Source: Eledone cirrhosa (Eukaryota). Taken from it: DNA of 64,000 nucleotides. The stretch is from the NCBI GenBank assembly GCA_964016885.1, contig OZ024741.1, forward strand, positions 314,898,001 through 314,962,000, in the 5' to 3' direction. The notes under the pieces are model-generated. The model saw only the letters and a program-made list of their open reading frames with translations. It was not told where the DNA came from and searched no databases. A program made the translations under genes and the position numbers. How positions within the stretch are numbered: position 1 is the first letter of the stretch; the number at the start of each line of letters is the position of its first letter. Of this stretch, positions 12,361 to 26,861 are shown in pieces.

Positions 12361-14257
12361 GTATTTCCTAAGGATGCTAAGTATTTACAATATTATATGT
12401 ACATATGTATATATATCTATATATATATATACATATATATATAATAAGAAAATGCAAAGTAGTTTCAGATTTTAAAGTACTTTAATGATAAGGCTGTGAT
12501 ACATATTTCAATGACGCTTTGTGTGCCCAGTACCGTAACATCATCAGACAGCTTTTTACATAATAAGGTTATGTTCCCGAGGCAATCGAAATTGAATCGT
12601 CAAGGGAACGGACAAAGCGGGTGTTCTTGAATCCTTCGCCCGATACCTTGTGAGTCCAAATTCACCCCCACCGGTTTCCGCAGGCGCATGTCCGAAGGAG
12701 TTGACCACCCACTATCCCAAAACTCTACGAAACTCGCCTGAGCAGGTCACCTCACTCCACAACGAAAAACTCACCCCCATCCAGGTCTGTAATATGACAC
12801 GGTTATAGGTTACTTCTAGTCGCGATGCCAGTGGCAGTTGAAGGAAACCTAGTGGTAGTGGCAGACTATGAGTTTCAATAGGCCTCGATTCTGCCCCTAA
12901 ATTATGCTTGGTCAATATAATTGCCCATCACCCGCTAAGAGAATACAAACTTAATTCTAGATCTTATGGTTTCACAGTTGAAATTATGATAGAAAATTAG
13001 AAATTAAAAGATTACAAGCTAAAATCTTAACTTGCAGTAAATAAAAATCAATAAACAAAAAAAATATATATATGTTTATATAATTGTTTCTACTTTTTGG
13101 CGCAGTGCATTACTGGTACTTTATTTTATAGACCCCGTAAGGATGGAAGGCGAAGTTAACCTCGGTGGGGTTTGAACTCAGAATGGCAAGGGCCGTAACT
13201 CTGTGCGTCAAAGAATGGCTGCCGACCCTCTACCGATACTGCCAATCCACCGCAATATATATATATGTATATATGTATATATGTATATATATAGGGAGGT
13301 GTTTAAATTACAGTGAGAGGTTTTGAAAGAGGGATCAATATTACAGATGTATTATCGATTTAGTAGAACGGAGGGTAAATTATAGTATGAAAAGTAGTAA
13401 TTAGCCAAACAATTAGTTAATAACTTCTTCTATCACATGAATGAAAACAAAACAAAACCTACATAGATGCAAAATGAGAGAGGAGACATTTATGAGAAAA
13501 AATATACGAGGAAGATAAACTGAGACGGGTTCGATCTCAGCGTACTCAATAGGTAATGTAAAATAAACTCCCAGAGTATACACATAGTTATTCGCTTCAA
13601 TACAACACACGTAAACGGATAACTATAGTAGTTCCCAAACTCGAGTTTCTTCTCACTTAATGCAGCAGTAAGGTGCACTGCACCCTCTCTCGGAATATAT
13701 TATGCAACAATGCATAATCGGTGCATCCGGTTTCATCAGCAGTTTTCGCCTAATCAATAATCAACAGAATTCGACTCCAGTCCGTGCTGGCTATGACTGC
13801 TTGTGACGACCAAAACAGTAAAGTGATTAGCAACTGGGATCTGATACAATGCTGTACCCAGATATATATATAAATTATTAAAAATGTTAGCTATCGCCGT
13901 ATTTTAACTAAAGAAATTAAAGAAATTATTTAACCTGATAGTGGGGTTAAGAACCCTCTTAGAAATGGAAAAAGATGAGTATTTACGTACATGGGAGTCG
14001 AACCCACATACTTGGTTATCCGGACCACTGTGCTGCCATTTACACCAACACATCACCCGCCTTTTTCCATTCAAATTAGAAGCTATAAACTTAGCGACTC
14101 TAATGTCAAGTAAGAATATTTTCGAAACAGCGAGTGGATTTGAAATTATTAGAAATGTTAGCTATCGCCGTATTTTGACTAAAGAAATTAAAGAAATTAT
14201 TTAGCCTGATAGTGGTGTTAAGAACCCTCGGAGAAATGGAAAAAGATGAGTATTGAC

Positions 14258-14297
<40 letters not shown>

Positions 14298-14301
<4 letters not shown>

Positions 14302-14827
14302 ATACTTTGGGAGGATCATGTTGCCAATAAGAAACACACGCACCAGTTGCTATCACTTCAATTTATGATATATTTATAAATTTATAAATTTACAAATCTA
14401 CAAACTTATAAATTTCTGGTTGGTTGGTTCCACAACCAGATAGTTGTTTATATATAGTCATAGTCCTTTCGTCACACACTCTGTGACCTCTTCAGTGACT
14501 GGGGATTCCTTTCTTTGTTTCTGTGCCTTTCCTTTCTTCTATCCTACGCCATTTTGTTTCTGAAACAAAATGGCGTAGGATAGAAGAAAGGAAAGGCACA
14601 GAAACAAAGAAAGGAATCCCCAGTCACTGAAGAGGTCACAGAGTGTGTGACGAAAGGACTATGACTATATATAAACAACTATCTGGTTGTGGAACCAACC
14701 AACCAGAAATTTATAAGTTTGTAGATTTGTAAATTTATAAATTTATAAATATATAATAAATTGAAGTGAAAGCAACTGGTGCGTGTGTTTCTTATTGGCA
14801 ACATGACCTTCCCAAAGTATGACAATA
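14298..14827. repeat. Near-perfect palindrome centred at 14561 (family also at 44770-45095 and 61190-61650)
   Basis: ..CCATTTTGTTTC t GAAACAAAATGG..; about 260-bp arms. Confidence 0.92.
14622..14666 (+). ncRNA. Minimal hammerhead motif (mirror copy 14456-14500 on minus)
   Basis: agtca-CTGAAGA-g gtcaca/tgtgac-GAAA-ggac-TA-tgact; related copies at 44841-44883 (GAAA mutated) and 61517-61559. Confidence 0.7.
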
Positions 14828-14882
14828 TCGGTTTCAACACACGATTTCAGATAAAGAATCTTGCTAAACAAATTCAGAAACG

Positions 14883-14938
<56 letters not shown>

Positions 14939-14999
14939 AGGTGTATTATTGGTTGTGTCATAAGGTTCAATTAACTTTTGTTAGCAATATCTCCACGCT

Positions 15000-17060
15000 T
15001 TTGTATATCTCCAATTCCATTTATGGGAACAGCTAGATGATGTAAAACGGAATAGTTGTATCAAAATAAAGATCCGAAGACATGGTATAAATTTCCAATC
15101 ATTTTAATCACGACACATGTTTCAATAAGAGATAGATCGATCATGCGGCCATGATGGATTATCACTGAACTCGTCAAGTGAAAATGAATTGTCTTCAAAT
15201 CCTTGATATGAGGGAGAAAATGTAACGATGTTCACCCACTACAGTTTTGCCCCCAAATGAAGATTAAGCAGCCAAAACACGCTGACTGCTATCGTCCTCA
15301 CTTAGGGTCATAAACTAACAAGTTTCTATCTCTCAATAGCTGTAAAAGACGCTGGACGGGTCTAATCTCAACATCAAATATTTAGAATTACAGTCGGTCA
15401 CAGTTAGTGTGAGTGAGTACACACACCGACGCGAGGTCGAAGAAAAAATATATATACAAACCAACATAGTATTCACCGAAAGTTAGTTTACAAAACGACA
15501 AATGTTATATTAGTCAAATCTCCATTTGACGGTGTACATTGGAGAAAATTGGGTCAACCGCAACCATATACACACGCAAGTAAATTCAGTTCAATATTCT
15601 GCTATACGTGTATCGATTGAATTGTAAATAGTGTGTTTTGGTATATACACATCCGTATCGTCTAAAAAAGTGTATGTTTTGGGATATACACATCCACGTG
15701 AAGAGCAAGTAGTCAGCTCATATCGAACTCTGTATGTGCCGTTGTCCCATTGAGAATCTGAGTCGCCAAATCTGTGCGTACAAGCAACCGCCATGTAGGC
15801 CACCAAGAGACTCTGTGTAGGGTTGGGTATTTGAGTTAAGGTGTCAGTATGTGCTTTTCCCGTCAAATGGGCCCCTGGGCTTTTAAGTTATGTGTTTGAG
15901 TAGTGGAGGGGTGTTACCCGACACAGAAATAAAATAAAATAAAATAAAAAAGAATAGCAAAACCCCGAGGGTGTGTGTAAGCCCATTAATGGTGTGTAAG
16001 TAATATTGTCCAATCAGTAACCGTGAGCACTCCATGGTTAGATGATCACGGATCAAAACCTAGTGTAGTGTTCAATTGATAGGATCGTGACCAGTCATAA
16101 CTGTGGGAACTCCGTGTCTAAAGAGACCGGATAGTGTGTAGAGTCATGTATAAAGAGCGTAATCGGTATTAACTGAGTGTGTAATACGTCTAACTATTTA
16201 CTAACCGAGAGAACTCAATGGTTAGGGTATTCTAAAGTAATGGTGAAAGCGCGTAATCGGTCTTAACTGAGTGTGTAATCATTCTAACTATTTACTAACT
16301 AGGTATTCTAAAGTAGTGGTAAATGTGCACTCAGCTGTGAAAACTCCGGGGAAACAAACCGAGTACCGTTTGTAAGTGAGCAAATGATCTAAGCTGTCTA
16401 CTACCTGAGTGTATGATTGTCTGTGTTTTGCTAATTGACAGAACTCTATGGTTAAGGTAAAAAGGGAGGAGTTAGTAGTAGGTTACTTTCCAAATATCCT
16501 GCGGAAGGTTTTCGAGGTTCTATGTTGGCAGTTGCTGAAACAATCCACTCTCCTATTGATTAATAGGAGGCCGCCTCTAATAATATTAAAGGTTTCGGCT
16601 ATATATAAATTACAGACGCCCGTGCTGCTGTTATAAGGCTGAGCTTCCAGACCAATTCAGAAAGCGCAGTTATATTTTTTTAATCTAATCTATTAAAGGT
16701 GATTATACCATCTATCCTTAAATTCAGTAGCAGTTGCTCCATCATACATGAAGGTTCTATCTAAAGTGGAGACCTTACAGTCCTAGACTATGTTTTTGGA
16801 GAGGCATTCCCCAGCCATGGGGCAAGTGGCGGTGTTCCTGAAATTCCATTTTCTGTTATCGACCTGGGTAGTTCCAGAGGAACCACGGTACCTCTGATGT
16901 CGGGTCTCAGTTATTGTCTGCTCTATGGGTAAGTTCCCAGGGGTTGGGGTGACCCGACTCGCCTCACGCGTATGAGACCGTTCATCCATAGAGCTGCCAT
17001 TAGTTCTGCCATGTCTCATCCCGCCTTGGGCTGTCCTAAGTCTACTACAATTCATCTTAT
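15000..17060 (-). mobile_element. Decayed Penelope-like 3' fragment (GIY-YIG remnant plus 3' region)
   Basis: TCPMAGECLSKNIV and PYNSSTGVCNLYIAETFNII..LLINRRVDCFSNCQHR on the minus strand; left boundary approximate. Confidence 0.68.
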
Positions 17061-17538
17061 TTTGATATATAATTGCAAACGAATCGAATATTATTATTAA
17101 TATTCGAAAACCTCAGATTACATTTATTGTATTCAGCTATGTAGGGCGAATTTTTTTTTTTATTTGAATATTGCAAAGCCAGACATAGATCGCTTGTATT
17201 TTGTCGTTAAATATAAGAATATCACTAATAATTGTAGTAGAACTGATTCAAGGAAAGATTTCTGATATTTGTGCATGCAATGTTTCTAATTATATTGATT
17301 ATTATTTTCCATAAGGTCATAAAGCATTGTCAAATTGCTGTTCTGGTTTTACATGAACTTAACATCTCTTTATGTAAAATACTGTATCAATATTTTATTT
17401 AATAGTTGTATGCAGACTGATTCGTTTATCAACACTTTAATCTTATAATTATTGATATGGTATAAAATTGATACCACATCTACAATTGTATGTAATTAAT
17501 GATATCTTCAACATTATCATGTATACTGATATTTTCAG

Positions 17539-17673
17539 AATGCCCAGCAGGAATGTATGGTTTATTTTGTCATGGGATATGCCATTGTATGCACAACTAT
17601 TACTGTGACAAGAAAAATGGATTTTGTTCAAATGGATGTGCTGCTGGTTATATGGGGCCCGACTGCCAACAAG
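17539..17673 (+). CDS. EGF-like repeat exon 3 (type A)
   Basis: AG/GT bounded, 135 nt; (E)CPAGMYGLFCHGICHCMHNYYCDKKNGFCSNGCAAGYMGPDCQQ. Confidence 0.93.
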
Positions 17674-17881
17674 GTATTTCCTAAAGATGCTAAGTATTTA
17701 TTTGAGAACGCAAATATCGTCCCTGGGTGGTGTTTGTTTTTGAGATGCACATAGTAAAATACATGGAACTTTTTTAAGCCTCTTTTAATTTTTCTTATAT
17801 ATACTCCAGTCCAATAAACTGTTGAGTGCTACTTATCCGATATTTGCATTGCTTTATTGTGCGACAATAAAACTCACCTCC

Positions 17882-17931
<50 letters not shown>

Positions 17932-17987
17932 TGAGATTCTACAAGACTAGAACTGTTTCATTCATTAGAAATCATCAGGAATCATCA

Positions 17988-18040
17988 GAGATTCCTGATG
18001 ATTTCTAATGAATGAAACAGTTCTAGTCCTGTAGAATCTC
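17988..18040 (+). ncRNA. Type I hammerhead (TTCTAG-loop family; mirror copy 17933-17983 on minus)
   Basis: gagattc-CTGATGA-tttctaatgaat-GAAA-cag ttctagtc ctg-TA-gaatctc. Confidence 0.8.
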
Positions 18041-18126
18041 ATTTATATTGAAACTGTTATACTCTGCTATGTATTGAGTACCTTACTTACTGTGGTTACC
18101 TCCGATTCAACCCGGAATAACGTAAT

Positions 18127-18203
<77 letters not shown>

Positions 18204-18932
18204 GTGTGTGTATGTATATATTTATATGTATGTATGTGTATGTGTATATATGTGTGTATTGCTTACCACGTGTGTTTGTTTATTTATTTGTGTCCTTTCC
18301 TGTATCGCTGACAAATTAATAATAATTTATATTTTCTTAAGTCTTATTTTTTTTTTTTTTTTTTACATCCACTATCCCAAAACTCTACGAAACTCGCCTA
18401 GGCAGGTCCCCTCACACCACAACGAAATAATCTCCCATCCAGGTCGGTAATATGAGACGGTTATAGTTTACTTCTAGTCGCCCAGCCAGTGGCAGTTGAA
18501 CGAAACCTAGTGGTGGTGGCAGAGTATGAGTTACAATAGACCTCGATTCTGCCCCTAAATTATGCTTGGATAATATAATTGACCATCACCCGCTAAGAGA
18601 ATATAAACTTAATTCTAGATCTTATGGTTTCACAGTTGAAATTATGATAAAAATTAAAAATTAAAAAATTACAAGCTAAATTCTTAAATTGAAGTAAATA
18701 AATAAAAAAACATTTTTTTAAATATATATATAGATAAATGTTTCTACTTTTTGGCACAATGCCAGCAATTACACAGTGCATTACTGGTATTTTATTTAAT
18801 CGACTCCGTAAGGATGAAAGGCAACGTTAACCTCGATGAGATTTGAACTCAGAATGGCAAGGGCCGTAACTCTATGCGTCAAAGCATGGGGGTCCGGCTT
18901 TCTACCGATACTACCAACCCTCCGCCATATAT

Positions 18933-18972
<40 letters not shown>

Positions 18973-19579
18973 CAAATTAATAGGGAGATGTTTAAATTAT
19001 AGTAAGAAGTTTTGAAAGGGGCATCAATATTACAGATATATTAGCGATTTATTGAATGATAGTACCGTACAGCAGAACGGAGGGGAAATTATAGTATGAA
19101 AAGTAGTAATTAGGAAAATAATTAGTTAATAACTTCTTCTATCACATGAATGAAAACAAAACGAAAAGTACAGAGATGCAAAATGAGTGAGGAGACATTT
19201 ATGAGAAAAAATATACGAGGAAGATAAACTGAGAAAGGTTCCATCTCAGCGTACTCAATAGGTAATGTAAAATACACTCCCAGAGTATACACATAGTTAT
19301 TCGCTTCAATAAAACACACGTAAACGGGTAACTATAGTAGTTCCCAAACTCGAGTTTCTGCCACACTTAATGCAGCAGTAAGGTGCACTGCACCCTCTGT
19401 CCGCATATATTTTGCAACAATGCATAATCGGGGAATATGGCTTCATCAGCAGTTTTCGCCTAATCAATAATCAATCGATCGACCGGATTCGACTCCAATC
19501 CGTGCAGGCTATGACTGCTTGTGACGGCCAAAACAGTAAAGTGATTAGCAACTGGGATCTGAGAGAATGCTGTACCCCG

Positions 19580-19630
<51 letters not shown>

Positions 19631-20190
19631 CGTTTGATTTCTTTCCGTTCCTGCACAAGATTCATGGCCATAGGTAAAGGCTGGTACAAGAAAATCAAAT
19701 TGAAGAATACGAGTTTGGCTTTTATACCTACCTCCCTTCTTCTTATCTTGGGATGCTGAAGTTGGCGCAATGTATATATATATAGAGAGAGGTAATACCT
19801 CCGCAGCGTGGAAAATTTAACTAGCCCAAGGGTGTATAAAAGTGGGGATGAGGTATTCCTTTAAATCTTCATCAACACTAGGTTACTCCAACTCCCGACA
19901 CACCCAAATCTCTTTTATATAAAGTCACAGATCACAATACAACCTGAGATGAGTTTGACAATCGCTAACCGACCGACGAATGCGAGAAAGTTCTCTAGGA
20001 AACTTAATCAGGAATCTTTCAAATTCCCCCCACCAAAGTTAACAAAGAATTTACTAGATCTACAAAACCAAATTGTAAAATTATGATATTATGAAAAAAA
20101 GAGGAATCTTTAGAACTACAGGTGAAGTCATTCTTTTCCTTTCTTTCAATATGGCCAACTGTACCAAGGATGTATATATATATATATATA

Positions 20191-22230
20191 TTCGTATCGA
20201 GCATGGAGGGACCACTCTACAAAATTTCATGGCTCCTAGCCAGAATACTCAAACCCATCTTAGACACCTTGCCGGGACACGTTAACAGCTCCGAGGAGGT
20301 GTTGAAGCGCCTGCATCAAATGGATCCCGACACCAGAAGGAATAACAGATATGCCTTCAGCCTTGATGTAGTCGCTCTCTACACCTCGGTCCCGGCACTC
20401 CCGGCCGTCAATATACTAATGGAACGCGTCCAATCCACCGACCTACACTGCTTCGGGCTCACCACCACTGACATCCACCAACTCCTATCCATCGTCGTCG
20501 ACAACACCTACTTCGGATTCCTTGACCAAATATACCAACAAACCTCGGGATTGCCCATGGGATCAAGCCTATCAGGTGTTCTAGCGATCTCCTACATGGA
20601 CGACCTCGAACGCAAGGCACTCAACGCCTGCCACCCCAACGCCGTAGCCTTTTTCTCAAGATACGTGGACGATATACTCATCCTCACATCTTCCCAAGAC
20701 ACGGCGAACAGAATCTATGAGACGTTCAACAACACGTACGAGAACATTGACTTCAGTGTTGAACACCCCAACGATGACGGGTCACTTGCCCTCCTCGACT
20801 TCCGAATCAACATCACGGAACAAGGAGGGATCCACTGCAACTTCTACAGAAAGGCAGTCTGCAGGGACCTATTCGTTCACTACAAGTCCGCCCTCCCTAA
20901 CAGTGCCAAAAGAGGATACATCACGAACGAGATCGCGCGAATCAAAAACAGATGCAGCGATCCCGCGAATGGTGTCACTTATAACAAGCGATTCCTCGAG
21001 GTGCTGGAGACGAACGGGTACCCTACCTCGATCACAGACAGAATAGGAGACACCAGACGCAAGAGACAGAGAAGCACCCAAGGCAAGTGCTTCCTTAAAA
21101 TGCCACACCTGGGCGAGAAAACCACCAACGCTATCCGCTAGGCTATACGGAGGGAGGGCCTCGACATCCACCTGGCCCACTCGGGCCCCTCCCTGCGAAG
21201 ATGCCTCTCCAGGAAACCCGAAAAATCTACTGGCGCATGCTCCCTCAGAGACTGCCCGATACGCCATGCTAACTGTTGCCTACGCACATACGTCGTGTAT
21301 AAGATAGAATGTGACAGGTGCAACCAATACTACATAGGTAGCACAATTCGACCTTTGCACATCCGGATCAAGGAACACACTAAAACCAGGGCCTCGTCTT
21401 TCCGGAAACACATAGACAAATGCGGAAGCAAAGACGGAAGGCCCATTGTCACAATTCTAGCGACTGAAAGAAACGTCGGCACGTTACGTATCAAGGAAGC
21501 GCTTTTTATCAAACGACTGCAACCGCAAATAAACAACCGATCAGAGAGAAGCGAAATGAAATGTCTGGTTTAAGTTAACAAGCGATGGAACAACACACAA
21601 CACACGCACACACACACACGCAAACGAGACAACTACACACACACACGCACACACACACAGTAGCATTCCACCATACGAACATACTACACTGCCAATACAG
21701 ATGAACAAGGCAACAACACCCCCCTCCCACACACACACACACTCAAGCGAGAAAACAACACACGCACACACACACACAGTAACATTTAACAAACAGGCAG
21801 AGAATGGACTGACAGCTAGCGCCATCCCACTCCCACATTCGGCCGCTGACCTCTGTACGACCGACCCCATTTCACGCGCACGCGCGCTCTGCCTAATACC
21901 TCAGATATTCAAAACAACAAACAGCGAAAGACGCGTTCCTGACTTGTCCGACAGACAACCTTTTCCGCCACCCCGGAAAAAAAACCCAGTTGATGGATGT
22001 GAATCCGAAATATATAGGGACTATTAAATCTCTCCCAAGGTAACTCTCTCTTGTGTTGTTATTTTTATTTTATCCTTTATACTCTTCCCTTCATTCTACA
22101 CATCTCACACATCTTATACACATCACGCATCTCAACGTACACCTACCTACATCTCTCTCTCCACCACCGGACCTTGTTACCCGGAGATTTACCCATTTGC
22201 ATTGTCGAGGTTTTCAAACGACTTAAAGAT
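20191..22230 (+). mobile_element. 5'-truncated Penelope-like retroelement, young, inserted in (TA)n
   Basis: RT motifs FSLDVVALYTSV, QTSGLPMGS, RYVDD, LALLDF; GIY-YIG VVYKIEC..YYIGST..RIKEH in the same frame after one TAG; absent at the paralogous (TA)n site near 3330-3376. Confidence 0.93.
20203..21573 (+). pseudogene. PLE reverse transcriptase + GIY-YIG endonuclease with one in-frame stop (21139-21141)
   Basis: ORFs 20122-21141 and 21295-21573 share a frame; the linker is open and contains a Cys cluster (CSLRDCPIRHANCC). Confidence 0.9.
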
Positions 22231-22258
22231 ATTTACATATATATATATATATATATAA

Positions 22259-22336
<78 letters not shown>

Positions 22337-23558
22337 GAAAGCAATTAAGCTAATTCGGAGGAGACAAAGGTGGTTAGTTACGCAGATTACTAGCCATTAT
22401 AGAGAGGTTGGTGTGGTCAATGCATATAAGTTGTTAGACTAGCGAGCCATGCAATTAAATGTAAAGAGAGATAGCTTAATAGTCGGAATTTCGTAGTGAA
22501 GAGACTAATTAACATTCAAATGCACAAATACACACACACACATGAAAACATACACACGCACACGCACACACACGCACACACACACACGTGCTTATTTGTT
22601 GTCGTTAAATGTAAGAATATCAGTGATAAATAATGCAGACACCGATAAGTAGTGTAAAAGTTGTAATATTTGTTTGTGTAATTTTGCAGCTTATATTGAT
22701 TGTTACTTCCATATCAACATCATCCTCATCATCATCGTTCATTGGTCATCTTCCACGCTAGTATGGGTAAGATAGGCTATCCCTTTGTGAGGTATGAGGT
22801 TGGGATCCGTGATTCGCTCATACATAATTCATTTTGGCTTTGTTTCTATGGATAGTTTCCCATCCTTAGATCAAATACATTTACAGTGTGTACTGGGTGC
22901 ATTTTGCTGTGTCGTCTACACAACCACTTTATAGCATTGCCTGGGTGTTTTTTGCCGTGTCGCCTACACAACCACTTTACAGTGTGGACTGGGCACTCGC
23001 TTTTATCATGACATCTACATGACCACTTTTGTGTGGGCTGCGCTGTTTTGGCGTGGCTTCCGTGGGATCCCTTTATAGAGAAGGTTGAACATTGGGGACG
23101 TCGTAAGTATAGGGGAGGTTTATGGGATGGTTGGGAGTGGTGTTGCCTACTAGGTATATGCCTGAGCTCGAGAATAATAGAAGTTGAGTCTTCTGTAATA
23201 CATCATAGCACAAGAGGTCACGGTCCTGTGTCATCGCCTTAGTGAGATGTAATTGAGCAAAGTCAGCTTTATTACTTCATCTCAAGTCTTCCTATGCCGT
23301 CCTCCTTATGTACTTGCTAATCTAGGAGCAGCGTTGCTGACCTACCAAGAGAGGGAAACTCAGAAAAATAACTGCGGCTTCTGAAGCATCCGATGATGTT
23401 GACCAGTTCTCCTTTACACGTAGTGTTTTCGGTGCTCAGAGAGTGGGATTGGTCGAGTGAAAAGGCTTTCCCCACTTAAAAAACCTTCAAAGCCAGGCAT
23501 TTCTTGTTCAAGATCTGTTACAAGCGATTGCAATACTCTTAGCAGAGTTTGCAGCCTT

Positions 23559-23655
<97 letters not shown>

Positions 23656-24273
23656 ATATATATATCTTAAAAAATATAACTAAAAAAAGGGTAATTCCCA
23701 GAATCACTAGTGTTTGCAGTTCAGTTTACATGCTAACACATGAGCAAGAACGAGCGGGTCATTCTAGTGACATGGATTTTAAAAAGAGGCGTGTTTGCAT
23801 AATTGCTAACGAATAGAATATTATTATTAATATTCGAAAAAGTCAGATTACATTTATTGTATTCAGCCATGTAGTGCTAAATTTTTATTATTTTTTGTTT
23901 AAATATTGCAAAGCCAGCCATAAATCGCTCGTATTTTGGCGTTAAGTATAGGAATATGACTAATAATTATAGTAGAACAATTTCAAGGAAAGATTTCTGA
24001 TATTTGTGCATGCAAGGTTTCTAATTATATTGATTATTATTTTCCATAAGGTCATAAGGCAATGTAAAATTGCTGTTCTGGTTTTACATGAACTTAACAT
24101 CTCTTTATGTAATATACTGTATCAATATATTATTTAATAGTTGTATGCAGACTGATTCGTTTATCACCACTTTAATGTTATAATTATTGATATGGTATAC
24201 ATTTGATACCACATCTACAATTGTACGTAATTAATGATATCTTCAACATTATCATGTATACTGATATTTTCAG

Positions 24274-24408
24274 AATGCCCAGTAGGAACGTATGATTTTT
24301 TTTGTAATGGGATATGCCATTGTGTGAACAACACTAACTGTGACAAGGGAAATGGATCTTGTCCAGCTGGGTGTGCTGCAGGATATACTGGTGACAGCTG
24401 CAAACAAG
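24274..24408 (+). CDS. EGF-like repeat exon 4 (type B)
   Basis: AG/GT bounded, 135 nt; (E)CPVGTYDFFCNGICHCVNNTNCDKGNGSCPAGCAAGYTGDSCKQ. Confidence 0.93.
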
Positions 24409-25286
24409 GTATTTCCTAAAGATGCTAAGTATTTACAATATATATATATATATAAGAAAATGCGAAGTAGTTTCGGATTTTAAAGTCTTTTAATGATAAT
24501 GCTGTGATACGTATTTCAATTATGACAGTTGCCACACGCTTCTGTGTGCCCAATGCCTTGACATCATCAGACAACTTTTAACATAATAAGATTATGTTCC
24601 CAAGCCAATCCAAATTGAATCGACAAGGGAATGGACAAAGCAGAGGTTCTTGAATCCTTCGCCCGATCCCTTGTGAGTCCAAATTCACCCCCACTGGTTT
24701 CCGCAGGCGCAAGTCCGAAGGAAGTTGACCATCCACTATCCCAAAACTCTACGAAACTCGCCTAGGCAGGTCCCCTCACACTACAACGAAATAATCTCCC
24801 CCATCCAGGTCTGTAATGTGACACGTTTATAGTTTCCTTATAGTCGCCCTGCCAGTGGCAGTTGACCTAAACCCAGTGCTGGTGGCAGAGTATGAGTTAC
24901 AATAGACCTCGATTCTGCCCCTAAATTATGCTTGGACAATATAATTGACCATCACCCGCTAAGAGAATATAAACTTAATTCTAGATGTTATGGTTTCACA
25001 GTTGAAATTATGATAGAAAATTAGAAATTAAAAAATTACAAGCTAAAATTCTTAAATTGAAGTAAATGATAAAAAAAAAATGTTTTAAATATATATATAT
25101 ATATATATATTTAATAGTTTCTGCTTTATGGCACAATGCCAGCAATTATACAGTGCATTACTGGTACTTTATTTTATCAACTCCGTAAGGATGAAAGGCA
25201 AAGTTAACGTCGGCGGGATTTGAACTCAGAATGGCAAGGGCCGTAACTCTATCATGGCATTTGATGGCGTTTGTATTCTATATATA

Positions 25287-25857
<571 letters not shown>

Positions 25858-26208
25858 CGAATGAGAGTAGGAGACAATAAAAGATACTAGAAATAAATAA
25901 AAATATATATGTAAAATTAGATAGTGATAAATGAATAAAAAAAATCACAATGCTACCTTATAATTACAGGTTAATAAGTTGAGAATAGAAAAGAACTTGA
26001 AGAAATTACAAAACTGATACAAAATTAAAGTGTTTAAGACATCTGCTATAAGTAGTTAGTAAAATGTATTAGGCCAATCCTATCTTAAAATTACAGGGGT
26101 GGGGGAACTGATGCTACCGAGGCCCGATGGGCTGCATCGGGGTAGGCGAAATGGGAAAAGCAGACGAGGAAGAACATATGGGGTGGAAGGAAGTGATAGG
26201 ATGAAACA

Positions 26209-26458
26209 GGGGAAGAAGAAGACAAAGAGGAAAAAAAAGAGATACAACTACCTATGTAAGCTGGGGTTTATCCTAACTTATTCGGCAAGTGTGGGGGTGG
26301 GGGTATCACCCCTTGTATACCCATCCCATAACAACCCAGGTGGGTAGTCAAGGACTGATACCCCCCGCCGCTCACTTGCCGAATAAGTTAGGGGAAACCC
26401 CAGCTTACACAGGTAGTTGTATCTCTTTTCTTTTCCTCTTTGTCTTGTCTTCTTCCCC
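26209..26458. repeat. Inverted repeat, about 100-bp arms
   Basis: 26209-26308 vs 26357-26458. Confidence 0.82.
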
Positions 26459-26861
26459 GTTGTCTCATCATATCACTTTTTTTAATTTGAATATTGCAAA
26501 TCCAGCCATAAATTCCTCGTATTTTGGCGTTAAATATAGGAATATGACTAATAATTATAGTAGAACAATTTCAAGGAAAGATTTCTGATATTTGTGCATG
26601 CAATGTTTCTAATTATATTGATTATTATTTTCCATAAGGTCATAAGGCATTGTAAAATTGCTGTTCTGGTTTTACATGAACTTAACATCTCTTTATGTAA
26701 TATACTGTATCAATATACTATTTAATAGTTGAATTCAGACTGATTCGTTTATCACCACTTTAATCTTATAATTATTGATATGGTATAAAATTGATGCCAC
26801 ATTTACAATTGTATGTAATTAATGATATCTTCAACATTATCATGAATACTGATATTTTCAG

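Larger units (their letters stand above)
1..16977 (+). repeat. Two-exon duplication unit copy 1 (exons 1+2 with introns)
   Basis: 1-740 matches 16978-17720; 1545-4477 matches 18366-23385 apart from insertions; 11671-11756 matches 23668-23749; 11957-13200 matches about 23965-25250. Confidence 0.88.
16978..25252 (+). repeat. Two-exon duplication unit copy 2 (exons 3+4 with introns)
   Basis: Colinear high-identity match to unit copy 1, offset about 16977 at its start. Confidence 0.88.

Noticed and set aside
13980-14055. tRNA-like sequence on the minus strand (also the SINE heads)
   Set aside because: A/B boxes are present but I could not build a convincing cloverleaf; most likely repeat-derived
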